From the NCBI RefSeq assembly GCF_009914755.1, contig NC_060927.1: a stretch of 64,000 bases of DNA. One strand, 5' to 3'. Below are positions 26,536-38,720 of this stretch, piece by piece. Under the pieces are notes generated by a model. The model had not been told where the DNA came from, made no database searches, and worked only from the letters and a program-made list of their open reading frames with translations. Position 1 is the stretch's first letter, and every line of letters starts with the position of its first letter. This DNA comes from the human T2T-CHM13v2.0 reference genome, Homo sapiens. The position numbers and the translations under genes were made by a program.

Positions 26536-29002
26536 CTAGGCTGTTTCAACCCAAACACAGTGCTTAGTAATCACTCTTTCACAAAAGCCAATAGATTAAT
26601 TTTGTTTGTTGTTGTTAACAAGTTTTTATTTCCTGTGGTTGGGATTTTACATTAGGTATATATAATAAGTCATGATTCCTGCTAATCAAATTACTTGATG
26701 TTCATAAAATTAGGTGAGATGTAGGAACCGTTTCTGCTGTATTACAATATTGAAAGTACAAAGACTTTCAGAGAGTCCGTGTCTGAAACAAATTGAGAAC
26801 CCGTGGACTAATGTGTAGGCATCCCCTTTCCATAATTTTGGTAGGAAACAAAACTTTGTCCCTCCAGATTCACTAATAAAGTAAGGACTTTTTTATTTGC
26901 TTTGAAAAATTATTCTTGGGGTTCATCCTTTACATTCACATCAGCCCTTTGTCTTACCCACATATAGACCTACGAATATTTTTACAGTAACCTAATAATT
27001 TGTTAATTTAATTTTTGCATTACTTTGAAAGTTCATTGAAGTATAGCATGCATAGGAAAGGTGCACAAATCATGTCTGTATGCGTCCAGGACTTTTTATA
27101 GTATTGTTAATTAATCATTTTATTCTGAGTTTAAACAAGGTGAATAAATTTCTAAGGATTGGTGAATGCAATAAATCCTTAAAGGAATCTCCTGGAAGCG
27201 GTTGTGGAAGAGCTCTAAGACTATCCCTACTTCTAGCTACTTCTCTCCTTCCAAAATTCTTATGTCACTCACTCACACCCACGTCTGTATCTCTGCATTT
27301 ACAATGGGTTACTTACTTCCCACTTCTCCAGAATAAAGGTCAAAGACATTTGGGTTGTGATGTGACTGCATCTCGTCTTCAACCATTGGAATCTATTTTC
27401 ATACAAATAACTACCTAAATTCCAGGTGCTGAATTCTCCAAAAAAAGCCGGGGTCTTTTGAAGAATTAATACATTCAGCCAACTGAACATCTAAATATTT
27501 TTCTTCTTTATTTGGTTTTGGTAGTTCCCTTTCTCTCTCTCTCCTTTTCTCTCTTTAAGGTTTTGCAGGCTGTAATAATTTCTGTTACTGAATATATTTC
27601 ATTTTAATTTTTTAAATGCTCTTCTAATTTGAATTTAGGCCTTCATGCAGATTTGTCGCCTGGGCTGTTTTTGAAATATATGGTTTTAAATGCATGAAGC
27701 TCATCCTTTAAAAATGATTTGCGAGTGTACATTTGAAAATGGTTAATGCTTATTTATTACAAATGGAATAATTACAGCTAATGGAACAGTGCCATTTAAC
27801 ATCAGTATAGTGGTGTGGGGGAGCTTGATAATTAGCAGCTCCATAAGTGCCTTTTTTTAGCTTATGAAATGACAGCCACAGAACACCTTTCCATGAAATG
27901 TCTCCATGTACTAAATTCTCTCTTGCTTATCTTATTGGCTGTCGACGACTGATTTGGGGGGAGGCATTTGGACTTAATTGATTTAATCAACACCTGAGTC
28001 CCTCTCTGACTTAGAATATAACCGTTATTTTTAAATATACAGGATCGAGTAAGCAACAGGATTTTTATATGCAAAAACTGAATTTCTAAAAGTTTCCAAC
28101 TGCCAGAGGTGATAACGCCCCCTTTGGAACAGGCTGCTCTTCGAGATGGGAGAACTACAAATTGGTGTTTTGAATGACTGTGTTTCTTGTTATTGCCTCT
28201 TCTACCTAGAAAAGAGGGAAGAAATCACTTTTATTCTGGTCATTTACCATGCTCCACAAATGATTTTTAGCAGTGATCCTAGAGTAAATAGAATTTGCAT
28301 TTTGAATTTTCAACAGAAATCTAAACCACCTAATGGTTCAAGTTGTCCTTTTTAGCCTTTTGATTGTCAAGTGAAGGCCACTCCTTTATGTTCTCGTTTG
28401 AGACTCTAATATTGATGATTGTGATAAAAGTAAAAATTCTGTCTCCGTCAAAGAACTACCACTCTGATTTCATTTTCTCTCATATTCTAAGTTTGACTAC
28501 AGCATTAACTAAGAAACTATATTAAGTGACGTTCAGGAAGAATAGCCTGTGGAGCTGCATTTAAAATTAAACTTCTCCAATGCATAAAGTTTATGTATTA
28601 AAGCTTATACAAAATATTGCATGTTCTTTCTCCTTCTCTTTGAACACTAAGAGATTGTGATACTGCACCTAATATCACCCTTAGAACTTCTACCGACATC
28701 AATAAGAAAGGAAATAACTGGTAATTTATTCTGAGTCGGGAAGACATTTTCTAAAATGCAGTGCAACCCTAATTTAGAGTAGAGGGAAAAGGGTTTAAAT
28801 TAGGTTTTTTTTATGGTGGTAAGTATTTGCAGACAATGTCGAGATTTATGGATTAATTTGTTTTAAATTAACTTTTATAGGGTGACTAATAGTCCACAGG
28901 GATAAACCAGGCTTTCAATTGCCCATGATTTTTAGTCAAATCCTAGAGAGGAAATCATTTCTCTCAGGAAACGGGGACACAGTCTTTAGAGTGTGCAATG
29001 CA

Positions 29003-29020
29003 GTTTTTTGTTTTGTTTTG

Positions 29021-29051
<31 letters not shown>

Positions 29052-29053
29052 TG
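29003..29053. repeat. (TTTTG)n pentanucleotide microsatellite
   Basis: About 8 perfect TTTTG units. Confidence 0.95.
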
Positions 29054-29419
29054 TCAGTGTCCAGAGAAGATAAATAAGTTCTGGGCCTTGGGCAAAGATA
29101 TTCACCACTGGCCCAAGATTTGATGTCACATTTCACTCAGAAAAGGAGAAAGACCCTGACCTCCACCCTGGCAGAGATCTTTCATCAGGGGATTTCACTG
29201 GGTAACTTACCAGTGGTGCCCAAACAGTGTTCCTACAGACAAATATTCTACAATATGGATACATAAAGCTGTTTCCCTCTGTTCCCTTTAGTCTAAGAAA
29301 CACTGATCAGATCCAAGAGCTGAAAACTAAAAATATTGGCATTTTGATGCTGTATTGTATCAGACTCTGCTATAAGGTACTCAGTATCAAGGTCAGAGGT
29401 GGCAAAAATTGTCTGCAAA

Positions 29420-29570
29420 ATGTATGTATCTATGTATTTATCTATCCATTTATCTATCTGTCTATTCATTCAGTCACCCACCATACATCCATTCATTTAT
29501 CCATTCATCTGTTTATACATTTCCTGAGCATCTACTACACACTTGACCTAATGCTAGCACCTAGAGAAGT
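29420..29570 (-). mobile_element. L2 3' end with expanded (TCCA/TCTA)n tail
   Basis: ATCCATTCAT repeats followed by CATTTCCTGAGCATCTACTA...TGCTAGCAC. Confidence 0.6.
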
Positions 29571-29779
29571 GAATCAGATTTTGGACTAGACTGATTATGA
29601 TTACATCTATTTTACCCATTGTAGGCATGTTTCATTAGCAAAATAATTTTATTAATGACATATTTAAATCTCACAAACAGCTGAAGAACACAATGAAAAG
29701 AACAGTATCTTCGTAACATATCTTTATAGACAACAGCCTGTATTCATAAGTTTAATTCTATCTAACTCTCTTCCAACTT

Positions 29780-30370
29780 AGACTATATTTAGATTGATCA
29801 TTGCTTTCTCTCTGCAAATTTCAGCACATCATTCTGTGGTGTTCTGGCTTCCCTTGTTGCTGCCCAACTAAATGTTTTGTTTTGTATTGTGTTTTGTATG
29901 AAATCTGCCCTATCACTTCTTGCTGCTTTTAGGATTTCCCCTTTATCCTTGCTGTTCTCCAGTTTTTCCATAATGTGTTTTGGTCTTATTTTCTTGTATG
30001 TATCAAGCTTGCAAACTAGTTTCTTCCAGATCCTAAGGATTCAAGTGTCGCATTCGTTCTGGAAAATTATTCATTATTAACTTCAAATATTGTTTATCAT
30101 GCTGTGTATTAACTCCTTCTGGGATTCAAAATAAACATAATTTAGGTCTTAGTCCTCCATGTCTGTTAACTTCTTTTTCCATACCTTGCATTTCTTGGTC
30201 TCTTTGGATCACGCTTTTCTAATTTCTTGTTAATTAATTTTCTTTTTAATGGCATCTATTCCTGGATCCATTCTTGAACTCATTTGTTGACTGTTTTTTT
30301 TCTATTTTGTAAAATAAGACTATTTAAAAGTGGTATTTGCTCTGATTTATCACAGCTGATCTTTTCATTG
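29780..30370 (-). mobile_element. Old L1M (L1ME-like) fragment
   Basis: TTCTGGCTTCCCTTGTTGCTG...GCTGCTTTTAGGATTTCCCCTTTATC...GGAAAATTATTCA...TTCAAATATTG. Confidence 0.6.
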
Positions 30371-30397
30371 GATGTTAAGGATTTTTTGTATGTGAGC

Positions 30398-30428
30398 TGT
30401 GTGTGTTTGTGTGTGTGTGTGTGTGTGT
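30398..30428. repeat. (TG)n microsatellite
   Basis: TGTGTGTGTTTGTGTGTGTGTGTGTGTGTGT. Confidence 0.9.
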
Positions 30429-30453
30429 AGACTTTTTTATTGAAGTACAACAT

Positions 30454-32724
30454 TGTATTAGTCCATTTTCACCCTGCTAATAAAGACATACCTGAGACTG
30501 GGCAATTTACAAAAGAAAGACGTTTATTGGAATTACAGTTCCACGTGGCTGGGGAGGCCTCACAATCATAGTGGAAGTTGAAAGGCATGTCTGACATGGC
30601 TGCAGACAAGAGAAGAGAGCTTGTGCAGGGAAAATTCCCTTTTTAAAACCATCAGATCTTTTGAGACTTATTCATGAGAACAGCACAGGAAAGACCTACC
30701 CCCATGATTCAATTATCTCCTACCGGGTCCCTCCCACAACACGTGGGAATTATGGGAGCTACAAGATGGTATTTAGGTGGGGACACAGAGCCAAATCATA
30801 TAATTCCACCCCTGGCCCTCCCAAATCTCATATCTTCACATTTTAAAACAAATCATGCCTTCCCAAAGTCTTAGTTCATTTCAGCATTAACTCAAAAGTC
30901 CACAGTCCAATGTGTCATCTGAGACAAGGCAAATCCCTTCCACCTATGAGCCTGTAAAATCAAAAGCAAGTTATTACTTCCTAGATACAATGAGGATACA
31001 GGCATTGGGTAAATATAGCCATTCCAAATTGGAGAAATTGGCCAAAATGAAGGGGTTATAGGCCCCACGCAAGTCTGAAATCCAGCAGGGCAGTCAAATC
31101 TTAAAGCTCCAAAATGATCTCCTTTGACTTCATGTCTTGCATCCCGGTCATGCTGATGCAAGAAGTGGGTTCCCATGGTCTTGTGCAGCTCTGCCCCTGT
31201 GGCTTTGCAGGCTAGAGCCTCCCTCCCAGCTGCCTTCATGAGCTGGCGTTGAGTGTCAGCAGCTTTTCCAGGTGCATGGTGCAAGCTCTTGGTGGATCTA
31301 CTATTCTGGTATCTGGAGGACGGTGGCCCTCTTCCCACAGCTCCACTAGGTGGCGCCCCAGTAGGATCTTTGTGCAGGGCTCCAACCTCACGTTTCCCTT
31401 CTGCACTGCCCTAGAACAGGTTCTCCATGAGGACCCCAGCCCTACAGAAAATTTCTGCCTGGGCACCCAGATGTTTCCATACATCTTATGAAATCTAGGT
31501 GGAGATTCTCAAACTTCAATTCTTGACTTCTGTGCACTCTCAGGCTCAACACCATGTAAAAGCTGCCAAGACTTGAGGCTTGCACCCTGTGAAGCCATGT
31601 CCCGAGCTCTATGTTGGTCCCTTTCAACCACAGCTGGAGTGGCTGGGACGCAGGGCACCAAGTCCCTAGGCTGTACACATCCCGGGGAACCTGGGCCCGA
31701 CCCATGAAACCACTTTATCCTCCTAGGCCTCCAGACCTGTGATGGGGGCTGCTGCAAAGGTCTCTGACATGCCCTGGAGACATCTTCCCCATTGTCTTGG
31801 TGATTAACATTCCTCAACTTGTTACTTATGCAAATTTCTGCAGCCAGCTTGAATTTTTCCTCAGAAAATGGGATTTTCTTTTCTTTTGCATTGACAGGCT
31901 GCAAATTTTCCAAACTTTTATGCTCTGCTTCCCTTTTAAAACTGAATAGCTTTTAAAACACCCAAGTCACCTATTGAATGCTTTGCTGCTTAGAAATTTC
32001 TTCTACCAGACGCCCTAAATTATCTCTTGCAAGTTCAAAGTTCCACAAATCTCTACGGCAGGGGCAAAATGCCACCAGTCTCTTTGCTAAAACATAACAA
32101 GAGTTATCTTTGCTTCAGTTCCCAACAAGTTCCTCATCTCCATCTGAGACCTCCTCAGCCTGGACCTTATTGTTCATATCACTATCAGCATTTTTGTCAA
32201 AGCCATTCAACAAGTCTCTAGGAAGTTCCAAACTTTCCCACTTTTTCCTGTCTCCTTCTGAGCCCCTCAAACTGTTCCAACCTCTGCCTGTTACACAGTT
32301 ACAAAGTCACTTCCACATTTTTGGGTGTCTTTTTAGCAACGCTCTACTCTACCAGTACCAATTTACTGCATTAGTCCATTTTCACACTGCTAATAAAGAC
32401 ATACCCAAGACTGGGCAATTTACAAAAGAAAGAAATTTATCAGACTATGGTTCCATGTGGCTGGGGAGGCCTCACAATCATGGCGGAAGGTGAAAGGCAT
32501 GTCTCACATGGTGGCAGGCAAGAGAAGAGCACCGTTTGTGCAGGGAAAATCCCCTTTTTAAAACCATCAGATCTTGTGAGACTTATTCACTACCACAAGA
32601 ACAGCACAGGAAAGACCCGTCCCCATGATTCAGGTATCTCCCATTGGGTCCCTCCCACAATACATGGGAATTATGGGAGCCACAAGATGAGATTTGGGTG
32701 GGGACACAGAGCCAAACCATATCA
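30454..32724 (-). mobile_element. Full-length THE1 (THE1B-like) MaLR: 3' LTR 30454-30803, internal 30804-32366, 5' LTR 32367-32724
   Basis: Two LTRs ending TG..TTAGTCC / CCAAA.CATAT.A; PPT and GTAAATTGGTAC internal termini; TSD AACAT / AACAG; interrupts an L1ME 3' end (30430-30453 continues at ~33114). Confidence 0.95.
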
Positions 32725-32729
32725 AACAG

Positions 32730-33083
32730 ACATTTCAAAACCAATCATGCCTTCCCAACAGTCCCCCAAAGTCTTAACTCATTTCAGCATTAACTCAAAA
32801 ATTCACAGTCCAATGTCTCATTTGAGACAAGATGAATCTGTTCCACCTATGAGCCTGTAAAATCAAAAGCAAGTTATTTACTTCCTAGATAAAATAGGGG
32901 TACAGCCATTGGGTAAATGCAGCCATTCCAAATGGGAGATATTGGCCAAAACAAAGGGGCTACAGGCCCCATGTAAGTCTGAAATCCAGCAGGACAGTCA
33001 AATCTTAAAGCTCCAAAATGATCTCCTTCGACTCCATGTCTCACATCCCAGTCATGCTGATGCAAGAGGTGGGTTTCCATGGT
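32730..33083 (-). mobile_element. Extra copy of the THE1-internal 3' segment (homologous to 30838-31179)
   Basis: Direct alignment with 30838-31179, roughly 85-90% identical. Confidence 0.9.
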
Positions 33084-33113
33084 GAACCCACCATGGTGAA
33101 AGGCATGATTGGT

Positions 33114-33400
33114 AAAATGCAGAAATCTTAAATTTATAACTAGATGAATTTTCATAAAATGAACACACATTTATAACCATTATAAATAGTGCTGCTATAA
33201 AGTTTCTTGCACATTTATTTTGGTGAGCATATGTTGAGCATTTTTATTGGGTTTATACCTAAAGAATTTGCTTTGTCATAGGGTACATGTTTTTCAGCTT
33301 TAGTGAATGCTGCCAAACAGTTTTCCAAAGTGGTTTTACCAATTTGCAGTCCTCTCAGTATGTGAGAATTCCAACAAATCCATATTCTCTTATACTATTT
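33114..33400 (-). mobile_element. L1ME-type 3' region
   Basis: AAATCTTAAATTTATAACTAGATGAATTTTCA...GAACACAC; TGCCAAACAGTTTTCCAAAGTGGTT.TACCAATTT. Confidence 0.7.
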
Positions 33401-34234
33401 AACTTCAAGTATTACAATTTCTGAAAGATCTATTTGATTATTTTATTTGAAAATTCTGTTTTATTCCTTTCAAATCTGCCTATTCCTTAGACATATTTTC
33501 AAACCATCTCTTATTTTTATAAGCATGTTAAACATTCTTATCCATACTCTTTAAAGTTCTGGTCTTCATCCATTTGACTCAGCAATTTGTTTCCTTATTT
33601 ATTTCATGATTTCTTTTAAAATCATGAGCTTATTTTTAATAACACTTAAGTGTGGGAATTCTTTGAAGTCTGAGTTACAGGTACATTCCCCCAGGTAGGA
33701 TTTGCATTTGTATTTATCAGGTGCCTGGAAGCGCCCCCAGCTTGGGAGAATAGGCTAAAATTCATAAGGCCAAGCCTGTGGTTATGAGCCTATAGAGGAA
33801 TTTTTTCCCCCTTCCATTCAAAACCAATATTGAAAGAAATTTTCTCATATCTTTTTCTATGAGCCAGGCTTTCTCCCTCATTCACCCTTTCACTGAGTTA
33901 CAGTATTATCCTTTGAGGTCTCGGCCTAATGCTAAGAGCCTAGTGAAGTCGTCTTCTATCAAATTAACCTCTGTGTGCCAGCTCTAATCTCTTGACCCCT
34001 CTTCTCTACACATCTGATAAAGTAAAATCTGTTGGTCACATGCAAAGAATGAACAGCCGTCCCCAAGCCTCCCTTACTTTGCCTTACCTCTCTGGGTTTG
34101 TGCTTTCACTCCAGTTTCTTTCTCTAAAAGTAGCGCTTAATTTCTTATCAGCTTAGCCGTGAATTCAAAACAGATCTTTAAAATTTTCATCCAGCATTAT
34201 GTATTATTTTTCAGGGGGAAAATTGTTTAGAAGA

Positions 34235-34592
34235 CACCTCTTAAAATGTGGTCTAGCAGCTTTGAGTGTCTCTGAGGCCTTTTCTAGGGTTTGCTAGGTC
34301 AAAGTTATATTCACAATAATAAAAAGATTTGATTTGCATTTTTCACTCTTACTGCCTCCTGAGAGTACAGTGGAGTACAATGGTAATATGACGTGTGTTG
34401 ATGTCATCATTCTGACAGCTAATGGAATGTATGCTTTGCGTTCTCGTGATTTAAAAAAAAAACCTCTCAGCTTTAATTTCTAGCATGGTACATATTGATT
34501 AGTATAATTCATATAACAGAAATTCTTTGGGGTTCTTAATAATTTTTAGGAACATAAAGGGATTCTGAGTTCAGGAAGCTAGAGAAGTGCTG
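34235..34592. mobile_element. hAT-Charlie non-autonomous DNA transposon (Charlie4/MER119-like)
   Basis: AAAATGTGGTC...GGTCAAAGTTATATTCACAATAAT...TTTGCATTTTTCACTCT...TCTTTGGGGTTCTTAATAATTTTTA...GAGAAGTGCTG. Confidence 0.6.
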
Positions 34593-35270
34593 ATTTGGGG
34601 TATCCTTTGTGCTAAATTGTGAAAAATGAAATTCCTCAAATGCCAAAATATAGAACATCATCAATGTGTGCTATAAACAATCACGAGGTGGAGAAGATCT
34701 AAGTTAAGCTGCTGTAGAAGGCTGTATGCAAATATGTTCCTAAGACCATGAGTTCCTCCAGAGCAAGAATCTTCTGAAGTAAGAAGCCAGGCTTTATCAT
34801 GCACCATGAGCTCCTGAGAAGGAATTCAGCATTTCTGAGTCACAGTTTCCTCAACTACTTAATGTAGAAACATAAGAAACATAGTTCTTCCTCCAAATGT
34901 TGCACCTATAATGTAAGATGATAGCAAAATCAGTCTTGGGTCTTTGTAAGGTTTCATATTGTTGAAAATAAAGGTTTTTCAAAACTAACAAAGATGATTG
35001 ACTCAGATTTCCTTCTTAGGTAAAAATGACCAGAATTTAAACCTGGGCAGTAAATTTAACTGGTATTTTAAAGAGCAATATGCAGTAGTAACTGTCCTCT
35101 ACTATGGCCTACACTTTGACCAGTGTTAAAATAATGAGCCATCTTAATGTTACTAAAGGAAGAATAAATGTGACATTGGAGAGTCAGCTTGGTCTGATGG
35201 GAAGAAAACCACATTAAGGAGGCCTAAATTCTAATCTTGTTCTGTGATATAACAGCTATATGACATCCCA

Positions 35271-35720
35271 TGTTATGGTCGGATGTCATGCTGGTTACTC
35301 CCGATGAACCACATTTGTTATGCACCCTCTTGTGTAGTCCCCTCCCACCTTGTCTCTGGGCTCCTGTTGGGCAATGGGACATTAGCAAGTGTGATACAGC
35401 AGAGATTTGACAAATGCTCGCACATTAGGGCTTGTCCATTTGGAATGCTTCCACTTGTAAGGCAAAGAAACTCAGGCTAGATTATTGAATAATGAGTGTC
35501 ACAGGAGAGAAACATTGAGGATGAGAGGTCACCTTGTATATTCCATTCCCGGGCTCCCAGTTGAGTGCAAGTCCATGAGTGACCTCAGTCCCTACCAAAT
35601 AGAGCAAAAGTACTGCCCATATGAACCCATTCAACCCACAGAATTGTGAGAAATAATAAACCATTGTTGTTTTAAGTCACTATGTTTTGAGATGGTCTGT
35701 TACACAGTTATAGATAACAC
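35271..35720 (+). mobile_element. MLT1 (G/H-type) MaLR LTR inserted in a MIR
   Basis: GTAGTCCCCTCCCAC; CCCACAGAATTGTGAGAAATAATAAA...TTGTTTTAAGTCACTATGTTTTGAGATGGTCTGTTACACAG. Confidence 0.8.
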
Positions 35721-35744
35721 ATTCTAACCACTTGTCTCTAAAAC

Positions 35745-35911
35745 TTTTTATTTTTCATTGTTTTTTTAAAAAGATAGGGTCTCACTCTGTCACCCAGGTT
35801 GAAGTGCAGTAGTATAGCTCACTGCAGCCTTTAACTCCTGGGCTCAAGCAATCCTCCTACCTCAGCCTCCCAGTTAGCTGGGACTATAGGCACAAGCCAC
35901 TGCTCTTGGCT
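35745..35911 (-). mobile_element. Alu monomer (FRAM or AluJ right arm)
   Basis: AGGGTCTCACTCTGTCACCCAGG...ATAGCTCACTGCAGCCT...CTGGGCTCAAGCAATCCTCC; single arm only. Confidence 0.85.
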
Positions 35912-36007
35912 TAAAAATGGAACGAAAAAAATAGGGCGGGGAATTTGCCCCACTCTTCTCAGAGGGCTTGTACAAATATCAAATGAGTTATGTGGCTACA
36001 TCTGTGA

Positions 36008-36201
36008 AACTGGTTTGACTCTGTTGACTGACTTGACCAGTCAAATCAATCTCATTAGAGAAAAATAAAACCTTGTAACTGGATTTTTGACTGACTTGAT
36101 TATTGTTTTGACCTCTCTGACTTTTTTTGGTTGAGTTCCACTTTTTTTAACTGAATAACTTGACTTTGTGGGTTTAGTCAGTCAAAATAATCAAAACAGT
36201 T
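36008..36201. repeat. ~195-bp quasi-palindromic element with 26-bp inverted termini (MITE-like)
   Basis: AACTGGTTTGACTCTGTTGACTGACT versus reverse complement of AGTCAGTCAAAATAATCAAAACAGTT, 22/26 identical. Confidence 0.55.
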
Positions 36202-38124
36202 CGGTGTATACAAACAGTCCATGTGTGATATTTTCTTCTTCTTTAACTTTAGTGGGAAATTATGTGACAGAGGGGCATATATGCATAGCAAATGTGGGTA
36301 TAAACTTCTACTTCTAACTACCCAGTTTCAAATTACTATATAGATTATAGCAACATTTGTTTGATAATGAAAAAAATATAGTTAGTTTTTATTTCCCAAT
36401 GGCATGCTACATTATAAGTCCATTAACAGTTGCATGTGTTATTGCTGTAATTCTAATAACTGCCATATATTATTATGGCAATAATAATGTAATTCTCATA
36501 GTATACAATATATAATTCATTGAACATTGCCAGAATTTATTTTTAAATTGTAAATTTGGCTTGCTTTTCAGCATAGAACTCCCTTCGTCCTGCTTTGGGA
36601 GTTTAGTCATATTCCTTTTGTTTGAAGAAGCTGTCAGAAGCGCATGTCTGAGATGAGTGCATGCAAGAGAATGTTGAAGCTTGGCAGTCATTAAAGTCCT
36701 GGGTTATAAGTGAAGTGAATGATTGGAATGCAGGTTGAGTAGGTCCATTCATATATGTCATATTGATACTACCAGAGCTGCTGACTAGGTGATTCAAATA
36801 TAAGCCACTGTTATTGGAGTATTCGTAGATATTCTACTGTGCTTAAGGTTATGACAGATGAAGCTTTCCTTATGAATTGTCAAAAGGATCACAAACCCCT
36901 CTGCTACTTCTATTTCCATCACCAGTAGCTTGCTTTATTATTATTATTATTATTTCTTCTAATGCTCTTTGATTATAGTTCTTCAGAATTCTACATCACG
37001 AAGAAGCTATGCAAAATGCTCTTGAATTTCTTTGCCCGCTCCCCAGCTGGAATGATTCTAAACTATTCTGAGAAGATAGGGATCTATATTTTTCTTTTAG
37101 TAGTCCAAGTGAAAATCAAATACAAATGTAACAGTTATTTCCATTTCTTCAACCCATTTCATGATGTTCTTCTTGATTTATTTCCTAAATATAGTGTAAC
37201 ATAATTTAAACTATCAATAGGTATCACAGAAATACCTCAAATTGCAGTTCATGTGTATTTACTTTGTTTAGTATAAAGTAAATCCCCCCTTATTGTGTTT
37301 AAACCAACTTACTTCAGTGTTGGGAGAGGAAACCCACCGTGGACCCTGAATGTCCCTTCACATTTTTGGTGGTAGTGCCAAATTACAAGCCTTATGTGAC
37401 CTCTGGCCCGGTTCCCTTTCAATTGCTGGTTACTGAGGCAATTGGTATTAATACTTCAAGACCACCACAGCTGACTACCATACAGCTATCATACAGCATT
37501 TCTTTCCTTTCACTCAAAAAAGCCTTTTATTTAGATTTTTCTAATAATATCCCTTAATCATTTAGTTGTCTCTTCTCTAGATCTTTTCAAAATTTCAATG
37601 TCCCTCTTGAGTACAAAGTTGACTCTTAACAAAGCCTAACCAGTGTTCAACATAGAAGTGTGAACTAAAATTTCTGTCAGTTTAAATTACTCTTCATCAT
37701 TGGTCAAATCAATGCTTGCTCTTTATCCTTTCATTTATTTGTTCTTTTCTCAGCCAGTTTTATTTATTCTTTTATTTATTCATCATTATTTTATTTATCC
37801 AACAAATGATTATTGAGTGCCCATGCACTCAATAACTAACCAATGGGTATACAAGTAACTTGGACGTGACTCTTAATTTTGGACACTTTGTTTCTCAAAG
37901 CTAGTCTGTATGCAAATCAAATGTCTTTTAGATCCGTATGCTGCAAGTAGAAAAAGCTAGACCAGATTTAAAGGACCTAAATGCCAGAATGTGGAGGTAG
38001 AAGTACCTGCTGAAGACTAGTTTTGAGTAGATTTATTCAGAAATGTTCATTTGATAGAAATGTCTAGAATTGATTAATGAAAATAGAAATAGTAAGTGGA
38101 ATTTCTTTCAGGAGGTTATAATAA

Positions 38125-38428
38125 CAAATATTCACATTTCCTCATTTGAAACTTTTGAGCCCAGATATATTCTGGATTCAGAATTTTCCAGAGTTTAGAA
38201 AGGTGCTACAAGGTATATATCAGATATTGAATAACACAGGGTTCTGGAGAAGCTCCCTATGGTCAAATGCCTCTATATTTCTCCAGATAAATTCAAACTA
38301 CATATTATCAATGGTGTCTATAAAATCCTCCTGTCAGCTCATGTCACAAACAATTTTTAAAACATAAAAACTGGATTACCAGATCTTTCTGGGCTTCAGA
38401 ACTGCAGATAAAGGTCTATCAATCTCTG
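38125..38428 (+). mobile_element. MER46C-like Tigger DNA transposon
   Basis: GAAACTTTTGAGCCCAGATAT...TTCAGAATTTT...TTTAGAAAGGT...CAGAACTGCAGATAAAGG; homologous to 60490-60830. Confidence 0.7.
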
Positions 38429-38429
38429 G

Positions 38430-38720
38430 TCTGAGCAAGAGGAAATGTCCATGAATTAGTGAGGTAAAGAGGAAGAAGGGATGTAAGAAATATTACAAAA
38501 GTAGCATTAGGGTGCTTGTCATTTTGTTACATATTATGCAGGAAAAGATATGCCACAACAGTGACTCTGAGGTTTTGAGCCTGGGTGGCTGGGAGGACGG
38601 TGGTGTCATTAACAGAATAGAAAGGACATGGGGGGAGGGGACCACATGGTAGGAGCTGGGGAAGGAGGGAGATGATGATTAATTCAACTTGAAATATACA
38701 AATCTCCAGGACATTATGAA
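38430..38720 (-). mobile_element. L2 fragment
   Basis: GACTCTGAGGTTTTGAGCCTGGGTGGCTGGGAGGACGGTGGTGTCATTAACAGA. Confidence 0.65.

Noticed and set aside
30545-30557. PRDM9/Myers recombination-hotspot motif in the THE1 LTRs (also 32457-32469)
   Set aside because: Both read CCTCCCCAGCCAC on the - strand, with C instead of the T required at position 7 of CCNCCNTNNCCNC
30892-33170. Longer ORFs (up to 148 aa) as protein-coding genes
   Set aside because: They lie wholly within THE1 LTR/internal sequence and are fragmented MaLR relics
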